Below, piece by piece: positions 17,542 to 26,758 of a stretch of 32,000 bases of DNA. The stretch is taken from assembly GCF_003010495.1 (NCBI RefSeq), contig NZ_CP027570.1, positions 420,001-452,000 of the forward strand. Direction: 5' to 3'. Position 1 is the stretch's first letter, and every line of letters starts with the position of its first letter. Made by a program: the position numbers and the translations under genes. This stretch comes from Megasphaera elsdenii DSM 20460 (GTDB lineage: Bacteria; Bacillota; Negativicutes; Veillonellales; Megasphaeraceae). The notes under the pieces are model-generated. The model made no database searches. It worked only from the letters and a program-made list of their open reading frames with translations, and was not told where the DNA came from.

Positions 17542-18900
17542 TTAGTTCTTGGCTTTCTGTGCTTCAGCTTTAGCCTGCGCTGCGCGCTGGATAGCTTTGC
17601 ACTGGCCTTTCGCATTGCGGATATACTGGACAATGTTACGTTTTGCCGGGCAGGTGTAGACACAGCTGCCACATTCGACACAGTTCATGACGCCGTATTC
17701 CATGCATTTATCCCATGCCTGGCAGGACGAGAAGATGCTGAGCTGGCTCGGAATGAGGCCCATCGGACATGCTTCTACGCAGCGGCCGCAACGGATGCAC
17801 GGAGATTCTTCGCCGACCTGGCATTTTTCCGGAGAGAGAGCCAGGATACCGGAAGCCCCTTTGGTGATCGGTACATCGAGCTGATACTGGGCCAGACCCA
17901 TCATCGGGCCGCCGGCGATCAGGCGATCCGGCTGTTTGGAGAAGCCGCCGCAGTAATCGATGGCTTCCTGGAAAGTCGTGCCAATGCGGAGACGGAGGTT
18001 CTTCGGTTCTTTGATGCAGTCACCGGTGACGGTCGTAAGACGTTCGATGAAGGGGATGCCCTGACAGACAGCATCGGTGATGGCAATGACCGTACCGACG
18101 TTGCTGACGACGCAGCCGACGTTCATAGGAAGTCCGCCCGGTTCGACCTGACGGCCTGTGCAGGCTTCGATCATCATCTTTTCAGCGCCCTGAGGGTACT
18201 TCGTCTTGCAAGCGAGAACAGTAACTTCAGGAATATCTTTGAAAGCTTCGGTCAGGTTCTGGATGGCTTCGGGCTTATTGTCTTCGATGCCGATGAATGC
18301 TTTCTTGACGCCGAGGACTTTCATGCAGATCTGGACGCCCGTGACGAGTTTGTCCGTCGTTTCCTTTTCAACCATGGCGCGATAGTCGCAGGTCAGGTAC
18401 GGTTCGCATTCAGCACCGTTGACGATGAACGTATCGACCGGTTTGTTCGGAGCCAGTTTGACATGAGCCGGGAAGGTAGCACCGCCGCAGCCGACGACGC
18501 CGGCCTTCTTGATGAGTTCCAAGATTTCCTTGCTGTCGAGCTGTTTCCAGTCGTGAGCCTGAGGAATCCCTTCTGCCCATTCATCTTTGCCATCTGCTTC
18601 GATGACGACAGCCATGCACTTAACCATCATGTTGTGCGGCATAGGCGCAACTTTGATGACTTTGCCGGACGTAGATGCATGGATGTCGGCATGCAAGAAT
18701 GCGTCACTCGTCCCGATAAGCTGGCCTTTCTTGACCAGGTCACCGACTTTGACGGTCGGCGTACAAGGCGCACCAAAGTGCTGGCTCATGGGAATGACGA
18801 CTTGAGCCGGTACTGCCGGGGTTTCTATGGCTTTGTCTTTTGCATAGATCTTGCCATCGTCAGGATGGACCCCACCTCTTTTAAAGGTATTCAACATCAA
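17542..18900 (-). CDS. rnfC: Rnf electron transport complex subunit C
   Basis: NADH/FMN-binding core (GCGGATFPAHVK) and two C-terminal 4Fe-4S motifs (CIRCGRCVEACP, CVECGSCVYTCP). RBS GAGGTGA. Confidence 0.93.
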   Translation of the reverse strand: MMLNTFKRGGVHPDDGKIYAKDKAIETPAVPAQVVIPMSQHFGAPCTPTVKVGDLVKKGQLIGTSDAFLHADIHASTSGKVIKVAPMPHNMMVKCMAVVIEADGKDEWAEGIPQAHDWKQLDSKEILELIKKAGVVGCGGATFPAHVKLAPNKPVDTFIVNGAECEPYLTCDYRAMVEKETTDKLVTGVQICMKVLGVKKAFIGIEDNKPEAIQNLTEAFKDIPEVTVLACKTKYPQGAEKMMIEACTGRQVEPGGLPMNVGCVVSNVGTVIAITDAVCQGIPFIERLTTVTGDCIKEPKNLRLRIGTTFQEAIDYCGGFSKQPDRLIAGGPMMGLAQYQLDVPITKGASGILALSPEKCQVGEESPCIRCGRCVEACPMGLIPSQLSIFSSCQAWDKCMEYGVMNCVECGSCVYTCPAKRNIVQYIRNAKGQCKAIQRAAQAKAEAQKAKN

Positions 18901-18964
18901 AAATCACCTCATTATTATATAATGAAAAATAATAAAAACATGAATCATGCTTTCAATCGCTTAC

Positions 18965-18993
18965 ATTATATCATTATGTAGCATATTATTCAA
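18965..18993 (-). promoter_or_regulatory. Candidate sigma-70 promoter of the rnf operon
   Basis: On the minus strand: TTGAAT (18993-18988), a 17-nt spacer, then TATAAT (18970-18965), about 65 nt upstream of the rnfC ATG. Confidence 0.5.
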
Positions 18994-19399
18994 TGTGAAA
19001 ATCAGAGCAAAGTTACACATTTAACTCATTTTTATGACCTGCCATGCGAAGGAAAAAGAAGTCAAAAAAGGTCCAGATACAAAGAGATACTACAGTTTAC
19101 ATTTCCGTATACATTACCCGTTTTGTATACTATAAAGGGCCGTTTTATCTCATTTTACAAGGATGCATAATAACATAAAATAGTTTATTTTTCTTTTCAC
19201 AGTAACTAACTTTTATCGTATTTTGCCGAAATAAAGCAACTTGCCATATGTTCAAGAAATCACATATATATGCATCACATATGCATCAAGGGCATAGACG
19301 TGAAAAGGGGCTGTAACAGAATAGCCTCATCTAAAAAATGGACTCAGTTATCTGAGCCCATTTTTTTTAAGCAAAAGAGGCCCCAAAGGGCCTCTTTGC

Positions 19400-19408
19400 T
19401 GGTATAAT
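19400..19408 (+). promoter_or_regulatory. Extended -10 promoter of the transposase (predicts a leaderless mRNA)
   Basis: TGgTATAAT at 19400-19408. The ATG at 19415 is 7 nt after the -10 element. There is no SD sequence in between. Confidence 0.45.
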
Positions 19409-19414
19409 TATTGT

Positions 19415-21034
19415 ATGCCAAACAAAATCAACCACGTAAAGTATACCAAAACTTACACTCCGAGGCAACTCGTTTTGCCATTGGATTATGGCATTTCACT
19501 AGAACAAGATCGGTTGGTTTGTATCGTAGATGCATTATTAGAAAGGTTGGATTATTCAGCATTACAGCATCTCTACTCTGTTAAAGGCAGAAATCCTAAG
19601 GTACCGCCCAAGATCTTGTTCAAAGTGAGGGTCTTTGCTGCAGCCCAGGGCGTATATTCCCTGCGCAGTATCAGCGAACAATGCCGTGTCAATATAGAAT
19701 ATATGTGGTTGCTGGAAGGGTATCCGGCTCCCAGCCACATGACGTTTGGCCGTTTCTTTCACCGGATTCCCATAGAAGTGCTCCGCCATTTGTTTGCCCA
19801 GTTTGTGCATCAACTGTCTTTGCTGGATTCCGTAGATTTTACAGAATGGTATATTGATGGGACCAAGATGGAAGCCAACGCGAACCGCTATACGTTTGTC
19901 TGGCGCAAGCGAGTGGAAAAAGGGATCGCTAAGCTAAAGGAAAAACGGCGGCAAATCCAGGAACAGATGCTAGCTTTCACGGGCATGGATACCTGTACAC
20001 TGGATGACGATGAATTACTCCGGTCTGCCGCAGACGTATGCCAAGGAAACGGCATCACATTCGTGCAAGGGTCTGGCCACCGAAAAACAGTCGAACAAAA
20101 ACTATTTGAAGAAGTGGCAGCCATCCGGGAGAAACAGCAAGAATATGATGCCCACCTGACCATACTGGGCACACGGAACAGTTATTCCAAGACCGATCCC
20201 GATGCTACATTTATGCGCATGAAAGAAGACCACATGAAAAACGGGCAGCTGAAGCCGGCCTACAATCTTCAGTTAGCCGTACAGTCTGAATATATTATCG
20301 GACTGGGTCTATTCCCGAATCCAACAGATACCCGGACCTTGATCCCGTTTTTGACGGCATTGGAATCAGAGTATGGAAGACTGGCAGATCATATCGTGGC
20401 GGATGCCGGATATGACAGTGAAGAGAATATGGACTGGATAGAAAAGAAAGGAAGCACGGTATGCATCAAGCCACGGGAGTATGAATACCGGAAGACGTCT
20501 GCCTTCAAGAAAAAAATCGGGCACCGAAGCAATATGGCCTATGACGCAGACAGCGATACCTATACCTGTGCCAAAGGAAGGAAGCTGCATTTCATAACGG
20601 AAAAAAAGCAGCGCGATAGGGCCAGCGGATATGAACGGACCGTACGAATTTACCAATGTGAAAACTGTCAGTATTGTGGAAAACGGAATCAATGCCAGCC
20701 GACCCGTACAGGAAAGAAACCAACACAGAATAAAATGGTACAGTACAATCCTTACTACCAATCCTTATTGGACAGGGACTACGACTTCATTCATAGTGAA
20801 AAAGGAATCCAGTTGCGGATTAACCGCTCCATACAGATAGAAGGGGCGTTTGGAACAGTAAAGGGAAACTACGAATACCGCCGAGTGAGACATAAGGGAA
20901 AAGAAAGTGTAGAAAAGGAACTGTTGTTCATGGCATTCGGCTTTAATCTGAGAAAATACCGAAGTCGCCGGGATACGGACCGATTACAACAACACTATTT
21001 AGAAAAAGAAGAAACACATACAGTAGCCTGCTAA
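19415..21034 (+). CDS. IS1182-family DDE transposase
   Basis: 539 aa. DUF772-like N-terminal domain (VPPKILFKVRVFAAAQGVYSLRSISEQC), DDE region (YIDGTKMEANAN; ADAGYDSEEN), C-terminal IEGAFGTVKGNYEYRRVRHKG ... FGFNLRK. Confidence 0.85.
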   Translation: MPNKINHVKYTKTYTPRQLVLPLDYGISLEQDRLVCIVDALLERLDYSALQHLYSVKGRNPKVPPKILFKVRVFAAAQGVYSLRSISEQCRVNIEYMWLLEGYPAPSHMTFGRFFHRIPIEVLRHLFAQFVHQLSLLDSVDFTEWYIDGTKMEANANRYTFVWRKRVEKGIAKLKEKRRQIQEQMLAFTGMDTCTLDDDELLRSAADVCQGNGITFVQGSGHRKTVEQKLFEEVAAIREKQQEYDAHLTILGTRNSYSKTDPDATFMRMKEDHMKNGQLKPAYNLQLAVQSEYIIGLGLFPNPTDTRTLIPFLTALESEYGRLADHIVADAGYDSEENMDWIEKKGSTVCIKPREYEYRKTSAFKKKIGHRSNMAYDADSDTYTCAKGRKLHFITEKKQRDRASGYERTVRIYQCENCQYCGKRNQCQPTRTGKKPTQNKMVQYNPYYQSLLDRDYDFIHSEKGIQLRINRSIQIEGAFGTVKGNYEYRRVRHKGKESVEKELLFMAFGFNLRKYRSRRDTDRLQQHYLEKEETHTVAC

Positions 21035-21194
21035 AAAAAGAAAAAACAGCAAGGCTTATTAAAGTACGCCTAAAAACAGATAGCTGGCATTTTTCACGAA
21101 AATGAAAAATGCCAGCTATTGTGTTAGTTATGGGAAAGAAAGAAGACTGCAACAAAATGAGCTAAAAAGCTCATTTTGTTACAGCCCCTTTTGA

Positions 21195-21309
21195 GTGGCT
21201 AGTTGTTAGGGGCTAGGGGCTAGTGGCTGACTGCTAACGGCGGGCCGCCCTTTAGGACGGCCCCTACGAGCCACGAGCCACGAGCCACGAGCCACGAGCC
21301 ACGAGCCAC
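21195..21309. repeat. Heptad-periodic intergenic element, copy D, including a perfect (GAGCCAC)x6 tandem array
   Basis: Left arm GTGGCTA GTTGTTA GGGGCTA GGGGCTA GTGGCTG ACTGCTA. Core hairpin GGGCCG-N10-CGGCCC (21242-21263). Right arm is six perfect GAGCCAC units (21268-21309), ending 3 nt from the pyrG stop codon. Confidence 0.75.
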
Positions 21310-21312
21310 CAA

Positions 21313-22947
<1,635 letters not shown>

Positions 22948-22987
22948 TCATCGAATCAAAAATCAAATCGCTTATTATTTTATTATA

Positions 22988-24652
22988 TTACATTTTTTCA
23001 GGAGCAGAAACCCCTAAAATAGCCAAACTGTTTGCAATGGTGATGCGGACTGCCGTGACCAGGGCCAGACGGGCTTTTTCCAAGTCCTTATCTTCCTGGA
23101 TGATGCGGCAGTGGTTATAGAACGTATGGAACATGCCGGCCAGTTCGTGGACGAAGTGGGCGATGCGGTGCGGCGCCCGTTCGCGGGCTGCGCGCTGGAC
23201 TTCTTCCGGGAAAGCGGCCATCTTCTTGATCAGTTCCAGTTCGTATTCATTGGTCAGCGTATCCCATTTGACGTCGGACCAGTCCATGCTGAGGTTGGCA
23301 CCGGCTTCCTTGGCCTGACGGTAAATGCTGTAGATACGGGCATGGGCGTACTGGATGTAGTAGACCGGATTTTCGTTGCTGTGGGATTTCGCCAGGTCCA
23401 GGTCGAAATCGAGCTGCGTATCCAGGGACCGCATGATGAAGAAGTAGCGGGCTGCATCGGTGCCGACTTCTTCGATGAGTTCGTTCAGCGTAATGGCCTG
23501 ACCCGTACGCTTGCTCATCTTGACGGGCTTGCCGTCGCGGAAGAGGCTGACCATCTGCAAGAGGAGCACTTCCAGCTGATCGACGTCGTAACCGAGGGCT
23601 GCCATGGCCGCTTTGACGCGGGCTACATAGCCGTGGTGGTCGGCGCCCCAGATGTTGATCATCTTCTTGAAGCCCCGGTCATACTTATTCTTATGGTAGG
23701 CGATATCGGCTGCCAAATAAGTCGGTACGCCGTTGTCGCGGATGACGACACGGTCTTTGTCGTCGCCGTAGTCCGTCGATTTCAGCCACAGCGCACCGTC
23801 TTTTTCATAAATCTTGCCCCGTTCTTCCAAGACCTTGCAGGCTGCCTGGATGGCATCGGGATGGAGCGTCCGTTCGCTGAACCAGTTATCGTAATGGACG
23901 TTGAAATGAGCCAGGTCCCGTTTGAGGGCCTTGAGTTTTTCTGCATAGGCCCGGTCCTTGAACAGTTCCAGCCGTTCTGCTTCCGGCATGTCCAAATATT
24001 TATCGCCGTCCTGGTCGATGATGGCCTGGGCCGTTTCGATGATGTCATGGCCGTGATAGCCGTTTTCCGGGATTTCCGCCGGCTTGCCCAGGAGTTCCAG
24101 ATAACGGGCGTTGACCGACGCAGCCAGGTTGTTCATCTGGTTGCCGGCATCGTTGATGTAATATTCAGCCTGGACGTTATAGCCTGCAGCCCGCAGGAGG
24201 TTGACCAGGGCACTGCCATAAGCGGCACCGCGGCCGTGGCCGACGTGGAGCGGCCCCGTCGGGTTGGCACTGACGTATTCGACCTGGATCGTGTCTTCCT
24301 GCCGAAGCGGTGCATGACCATAAGCGTCACCGGCTGCCAGGATCTGTTTGAGCGTATCGTAGATGACGTCGTTCTTCAAGAAGAAATTGATGAAGCCGGC
24401 ACCGGCGATTTCAGCATGGTCGAGCCAGGGGTAATCCATGCCGTCGACGATGGCCTGGGCAATGATGCGCGGTGCCTTGTGGGCGACGCGGACCGACTGC
24501 ATGGCGATGTTGCTGGCAAAATCACCGAATTCCTTCTGCGGCGGTACTTCCAGGGCGACATCGGGATAGTCGCCAGCGGGAAGCGTGCCGGCTGCAATAG
24601 CCTTGTTCAGGGCTTCCGTAATGCCCTGCTTCAATAAATCCTTCATTTCCAT
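22988..24652 (-). CDS. argS: Arginine--tRNA ligase
   Basis: Class I HIGH motif (PTGPLHVGHGR), KMSK-type motif (VKMSKRTGQ) and a DALR anticodon-binding C-terminus. Start at MEMKDLL, overlapping the upstream stop (TAATG at 24650-24654). Confidence 0.95.
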   Translation of the reverse strand: MEMKDLLKQGITEALNKAIAAGTLPAGDYPDVALEVPPQKEFGDFASNIAMQSVRVAHKAPRIIAQAIVDGMDYPWLDHAEIAGAGFINFFLKNDVIYDTLKQILAAGDAYGHAPLRQEDTIQVEYVSANPTGPLHVGHGRGAAYGSALVNLLRAAGYNVQAEYYINDAGNQMNNLAASVNARYLELLGKPAEIPENGYHGHDIIETAQAIIDQDGDKYLDMPEAERLELFKDRAYAEKLKALKRDLAHFNVHYDNWFSERTLHPDAIQAACKVLEERGKIYEKDGALWLKSTDYGDDKDRVVIRDNGVPTYLAADIAYHKNKYDRGFKKMINIWGADHHGYVARVKAAMAALGYDVDQLEVLLLQMVSLFRDGKPVKMSKRTGQAITLNELIEEVGTDAARYFFIMRSLDTQLDFDLDLAKSHSNENPVYYIQYAHARIYSIYRQAKEAGANLSMDWSDVKWDTLTNEYELELIKKMAAFPEEVQRAARERAPHRIAHFVHELAGMFHTFYNHCRIIQEDKDLEKARLALVTAVRITIANSLAILGVSAPEKM

Positions 24653-25080
24653 TACGCTTGATCCTCCTGCACGGTTATGGTTAATTGTGTATAATTGGCG
24701 CTGACGCCTTCGATATGGACGTCGTAGCCTAACTGAATCGTACCGGTCCCATCGAGCAGATCGGCACGGCATTCATAGGTCTTCATCTGCACGTCGAACG
24801 TGCCGACCGGTGTGTCATACTGGGAGCGCGTCACCTTTCCCTTGCGAAATTCCTGACGCTGGCGGAGCTTCCCGAGGCGCAACAATAAGACGGACCCTCC
24901 GGGTAATACCTTGATGACCGTCGTAACGCCTTTCATTTCCGTCAGCTCGCTCTCTTCGTAGACGATGTACTGCGTCCCGTCTTTGACGTAGTATTTGCCT
25001 TCGGAAACGAGCTCCATTTTCAGCTCTTCTCCCTCTTTGTTACGTTGGATACTCTTTACACTTACTAAGACAGGTTTCAA
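24652..25080 (-). CDS. DUF1934 domain protein (YwiB-like beta-barrel), usual partner of argS in Firmicutes
   Basis: 142 aa. TTG start behind GGAAAGGTGG. Translationally coupled to argS. Family call is from memory of the conserved ywiB-argS pairing and the sequence style. Confidence 0.7.
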   Translation of the reverse strand: MKPVLVSVKSIQRNKEGEELKMELVSEGKYYVKDGTQYIVYEESELTEMKGVTTVIKVLPGGSVLLLRLGKLRQRQEFRKGKVTRSQYDTPVGTFDVQMKTYECRADLLDGTGTIQLGYDVHIEGVSANYTQLTITVQEDQA

Positions 25081-25193
25081 TGTATTCCACCTTTCCTATC
25101 ACAAATCCAATGTTACTATTATATAACAAGTGCCGGGAAAAAGAAATACTTTTTTTCACTTCTTTCTCGCTTCATTTCAAATCGACCACAGTG

Positions 25194-25229
25194 AAAAAGG
25201 ACCTGCCCATGAGGGCAAGTCCTTTTTCC
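25194..25229 (-). terminator. Rho-independent terminator ending the flavodiiron transcription unit (bidirectional shape)
   Basis: AAAAA GGACCTGCCC atga GGGCAAGTCC TTTTT. The one stem mismatch is a G-U pair in the minus-strand RNA. Confidence 0.75.
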
Positions 25230-25385
25230 TTACATATGTAATCCTTCGCGCAATTTTTCAAAGATTTTTTGTTCGTCTTCGGTCAGGTCCCGGCCCAGGT
25301 CGATGTGGAGTTCTTCCCCATTACTGCGGGCCTTGTCCTGTTCGTGCTTATCGCCGCTCTTGGCGCTATCGTCACGGATGATCAC
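25230..25385 (-). CDS. Small hydrophilic hypothetical protein (51 aa), not in the ORF track
   Basis: GTG at 25385, 5 nt after GGTGGTG. Hand translation is (M)IIRDDSAKSGDKHEQDKARSNGEELHIDLGRDLTEDEQKIFEKLREGLHM. The stop is immediately followed by the terminator. It is in the same frame as the upstream flavodiiron gene. Confidence 0.45.
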   Translation of the reverse strand: MIIRDDSAKSGDKHEQDKARSNGEELHIDLGRDLTEDEQKIFEKLREGLHM

Positions 25386-25397
25386 GCTTACACCACC

Positions 25398-26633
25398 TTA
25401 GATCAAAGTTTTCGGATCGGGATATTCTTTAATGCTTTCAACCAGTTTGTCAGCCAATTCGTCGAGTTCACATTCCTGGTCGTCGCGGAGGGACGATTTC
25501 ATATCCATCGTCGGTTCCAGGAGTTCGCAGCATTTGAACTGATTTTCGACGTAGTCCACCATGGTCTTGTAAGCAGCCGATGCCCAGCTGTGGCAAGCGA
25601 TGACGCCGATGGTGCGTTTCTGGAACATGAGGGTCTTCAAGTCGTGGAGGAAGTTTTCCATCGGCAGGAAGAGGTTCAGGTTGTACGTCGGAGCAGCCAG
25701 GACGAGGTGGCTGTATTCCCAGGCTTTTGCCGTGATGTACGACGAATGGATCTTGGCTACGTCGTAGAGGCGGATGTCCTGGATGCCACGCTGGCTCAAT
25801 TTATGGGCCAGGACGCAGGCAGCCCGTTCGGTGTTGCCATAAATGGACGAGAAAGCGATGACGACGCCTTTCTTTTCCGGTACGTATTTAGCCCAGTGGA
25901 GATATTTGTCGATGATGTACTTAATCGTAGCCGGCGTGCGGAATACGAAGCCGTGGAGCGGGCAGATGAAGTCGATGGGAAGGCCCGATGCCTTCTTGAG
26001 GACGTTGACGACCTGCGGGCCGTATTTGCCGACGATGTTGACATAATAACGGCGGGCCGAATCGAGGTAGTTTTCTTCAAAGTCGACCTGGTCTGCATAG
26101 ACATTGCCGACCGTACCGAACTGGCCAAAGGCATCGGCACTGAAGAGGACGTGGTCTGTCAAGTCATAGGACATGATGACTTCCGGCCAATGGACCATAG
26201 GAGCCTTGACGAACTGCAATGTGTGTTTGCCCAAAGCCAGCTGGTCGCCTTCTTTGACGGCAACGTAGCGGTCCGTCATGGGATGGCGGAAGAACTGTTC
26301 AAAGAGTTTGAACGTCTGCGGCTGGCCGATGATCTTGGCATCGGGATATTTTTCCAAGAGAGCCAAGGCGGAGCTGGCATGGTCCGGTTCCATATGCTGG
26401 AGGACGAAGTAGTCCAGTTTACGGCCTTTGAGCAAGTATTCTACATCTTCCAGGAATTCGTCGCGGCACGATTTATCCATGGCATCGACGACGCATGTCT
26501 TTTCATCATCGATGAAATAGGAGTTGTACGTTACGCCTTCGGGAATCGGGAAAATCCGTTCAAACAGTTCGGTACGGAAATCGTTGCATCCCATCCAATA
26601 AATACCATTTTTAATTTCTTCTACACAATGCAT
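25398..26633 (-). CDS. Flavodiiron protein (FprA-type: metallo-beta-lactamase-like plus flavodoxin-like domains)
   Basis: Diiron motif LQHMEPDH. C-terminal flavodoxin signature VVIAFSSIYGNTERAA. RBS AAGGAGG. Confidence 0.9.
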   Translation of the reverse strand: MHCVEEIKNGIYWMGCNDFRTELFERIFPIPEGVTYNSYFIDDEKTCVVDAMDKSCRDEFLEDVEYLLKGRKLDYFVLQHMEPDHASSALALLEKYPDAKIIGQPQTFKLFEQFFRHPMTDRYVAVKEGDQLALGKHTLQFVKAPMVHWPEVIMSYDLTDHVLFSADAFGQFGTVGNVYADQVDFEENYLDSARRYYVNIVGKYGPQVVNVLKKASGLPIDFICPLHGFVFRTPATIKYIIDKYLHWAKYVPEKKGVVIAFSSIYGNTERAACVLAHKLSQRGIQDIRLYDVAKIHSSYITAKAWEYSHLVLAAPTYNLNLFLPMENFLHDLKTLMFQKRTIGVIACHSWASAAYKTMVDYVENQFKCCELLEPTMDMKSSLRDDQECELDELADKLVESIKEYPDPKTLI

Positions 26634-26758
26634 ATTGATATGACCTCCTTAAAAAGTACAAGCAGCAGTCCTGCTGTAATGGCAATTCTCATACCCATAT
26701 CATACCATTTTTTGGACAAATAGGAAATACTAACAAGAAAAAAGTTAATTAAAAATCC

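Larger units (their letters stand above)
19303..21192 (+). mobile_element. IS1182-family insertion sequence, apparently intact (about 1.89 kb)
   Basis: Terminal inverted repeats match at 19 of 20 positions: AAAAGGGGCTGTAACAGAAT (19303-19322) versus the reverse complement of 21173-21192 (AAAAGGGGCTGTAACAAAAT). They flank a single transposase ORF. GC content is lower than in the flanking DNA. Confidence 0.85.

Noticed and set aside
18993-19020. ATGTG-N18-CACAT inverted repeat as a CRP/FNR-type site upstream of the rnf promoter
   Set aside because: The half-sites are only 5 bp, and the spacing fits neither TGTGA-N6-TCACA nor TTGAT-N4-ATCAA. I keep it only as a note within the rnf upstream finding.
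19034-19135. 33-codon ORF (MTCHAKEKEVKKGPDTKRYYSLHFRIHYPFCIL) in the AT-rich rnf upstream region
   Set aside because: It has no SD sequence, an AT-rich codon pattern unlike the local genes, and no terminator. It is most likely a chance ORF.
19293-19302. Target-site duplication flanking the IS (compared with 21193-21202)
   Set aside because: The left flank CATAGACGTG and right flank GAGTGGCTAG share no direct repeat. The A4/T4 at the ends are inverted rather than direct, so I treat them as part of the inverted repeats.
21268-21309. Tandem GAGCCAC repeats considered as a possible CRISPR array
   Set aside because: The unit is only 7 nt, there are no spacers, and there are no cas genes. It is a microsatellite-like arm of the heptad element.
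23111-24637. 508-aa plus-strand ORF antisense to argS. The same applies to 21697-22881 antisense to pyrG, 25269-26723 antisense to the flavodiiron gene, 16259-17290 antisense to rnfD/rnfG, 5330-6430 antisense to the ppx-like gene, and 4308-5153 antisense to tilS.
   Set aside because: All are long open antisense frames of well-supported genes in GC3-biased DNA. None has an SD sequence or family motifs.
25081-25194. Possible T-box leader upstream of the DUF1934-argS unit
   Set aside because: The leader is only about 110 nt. I could not find a T-box consensus string (AGGGUGGNACCGCG-like) or a specifier/antiterminator arrangement.
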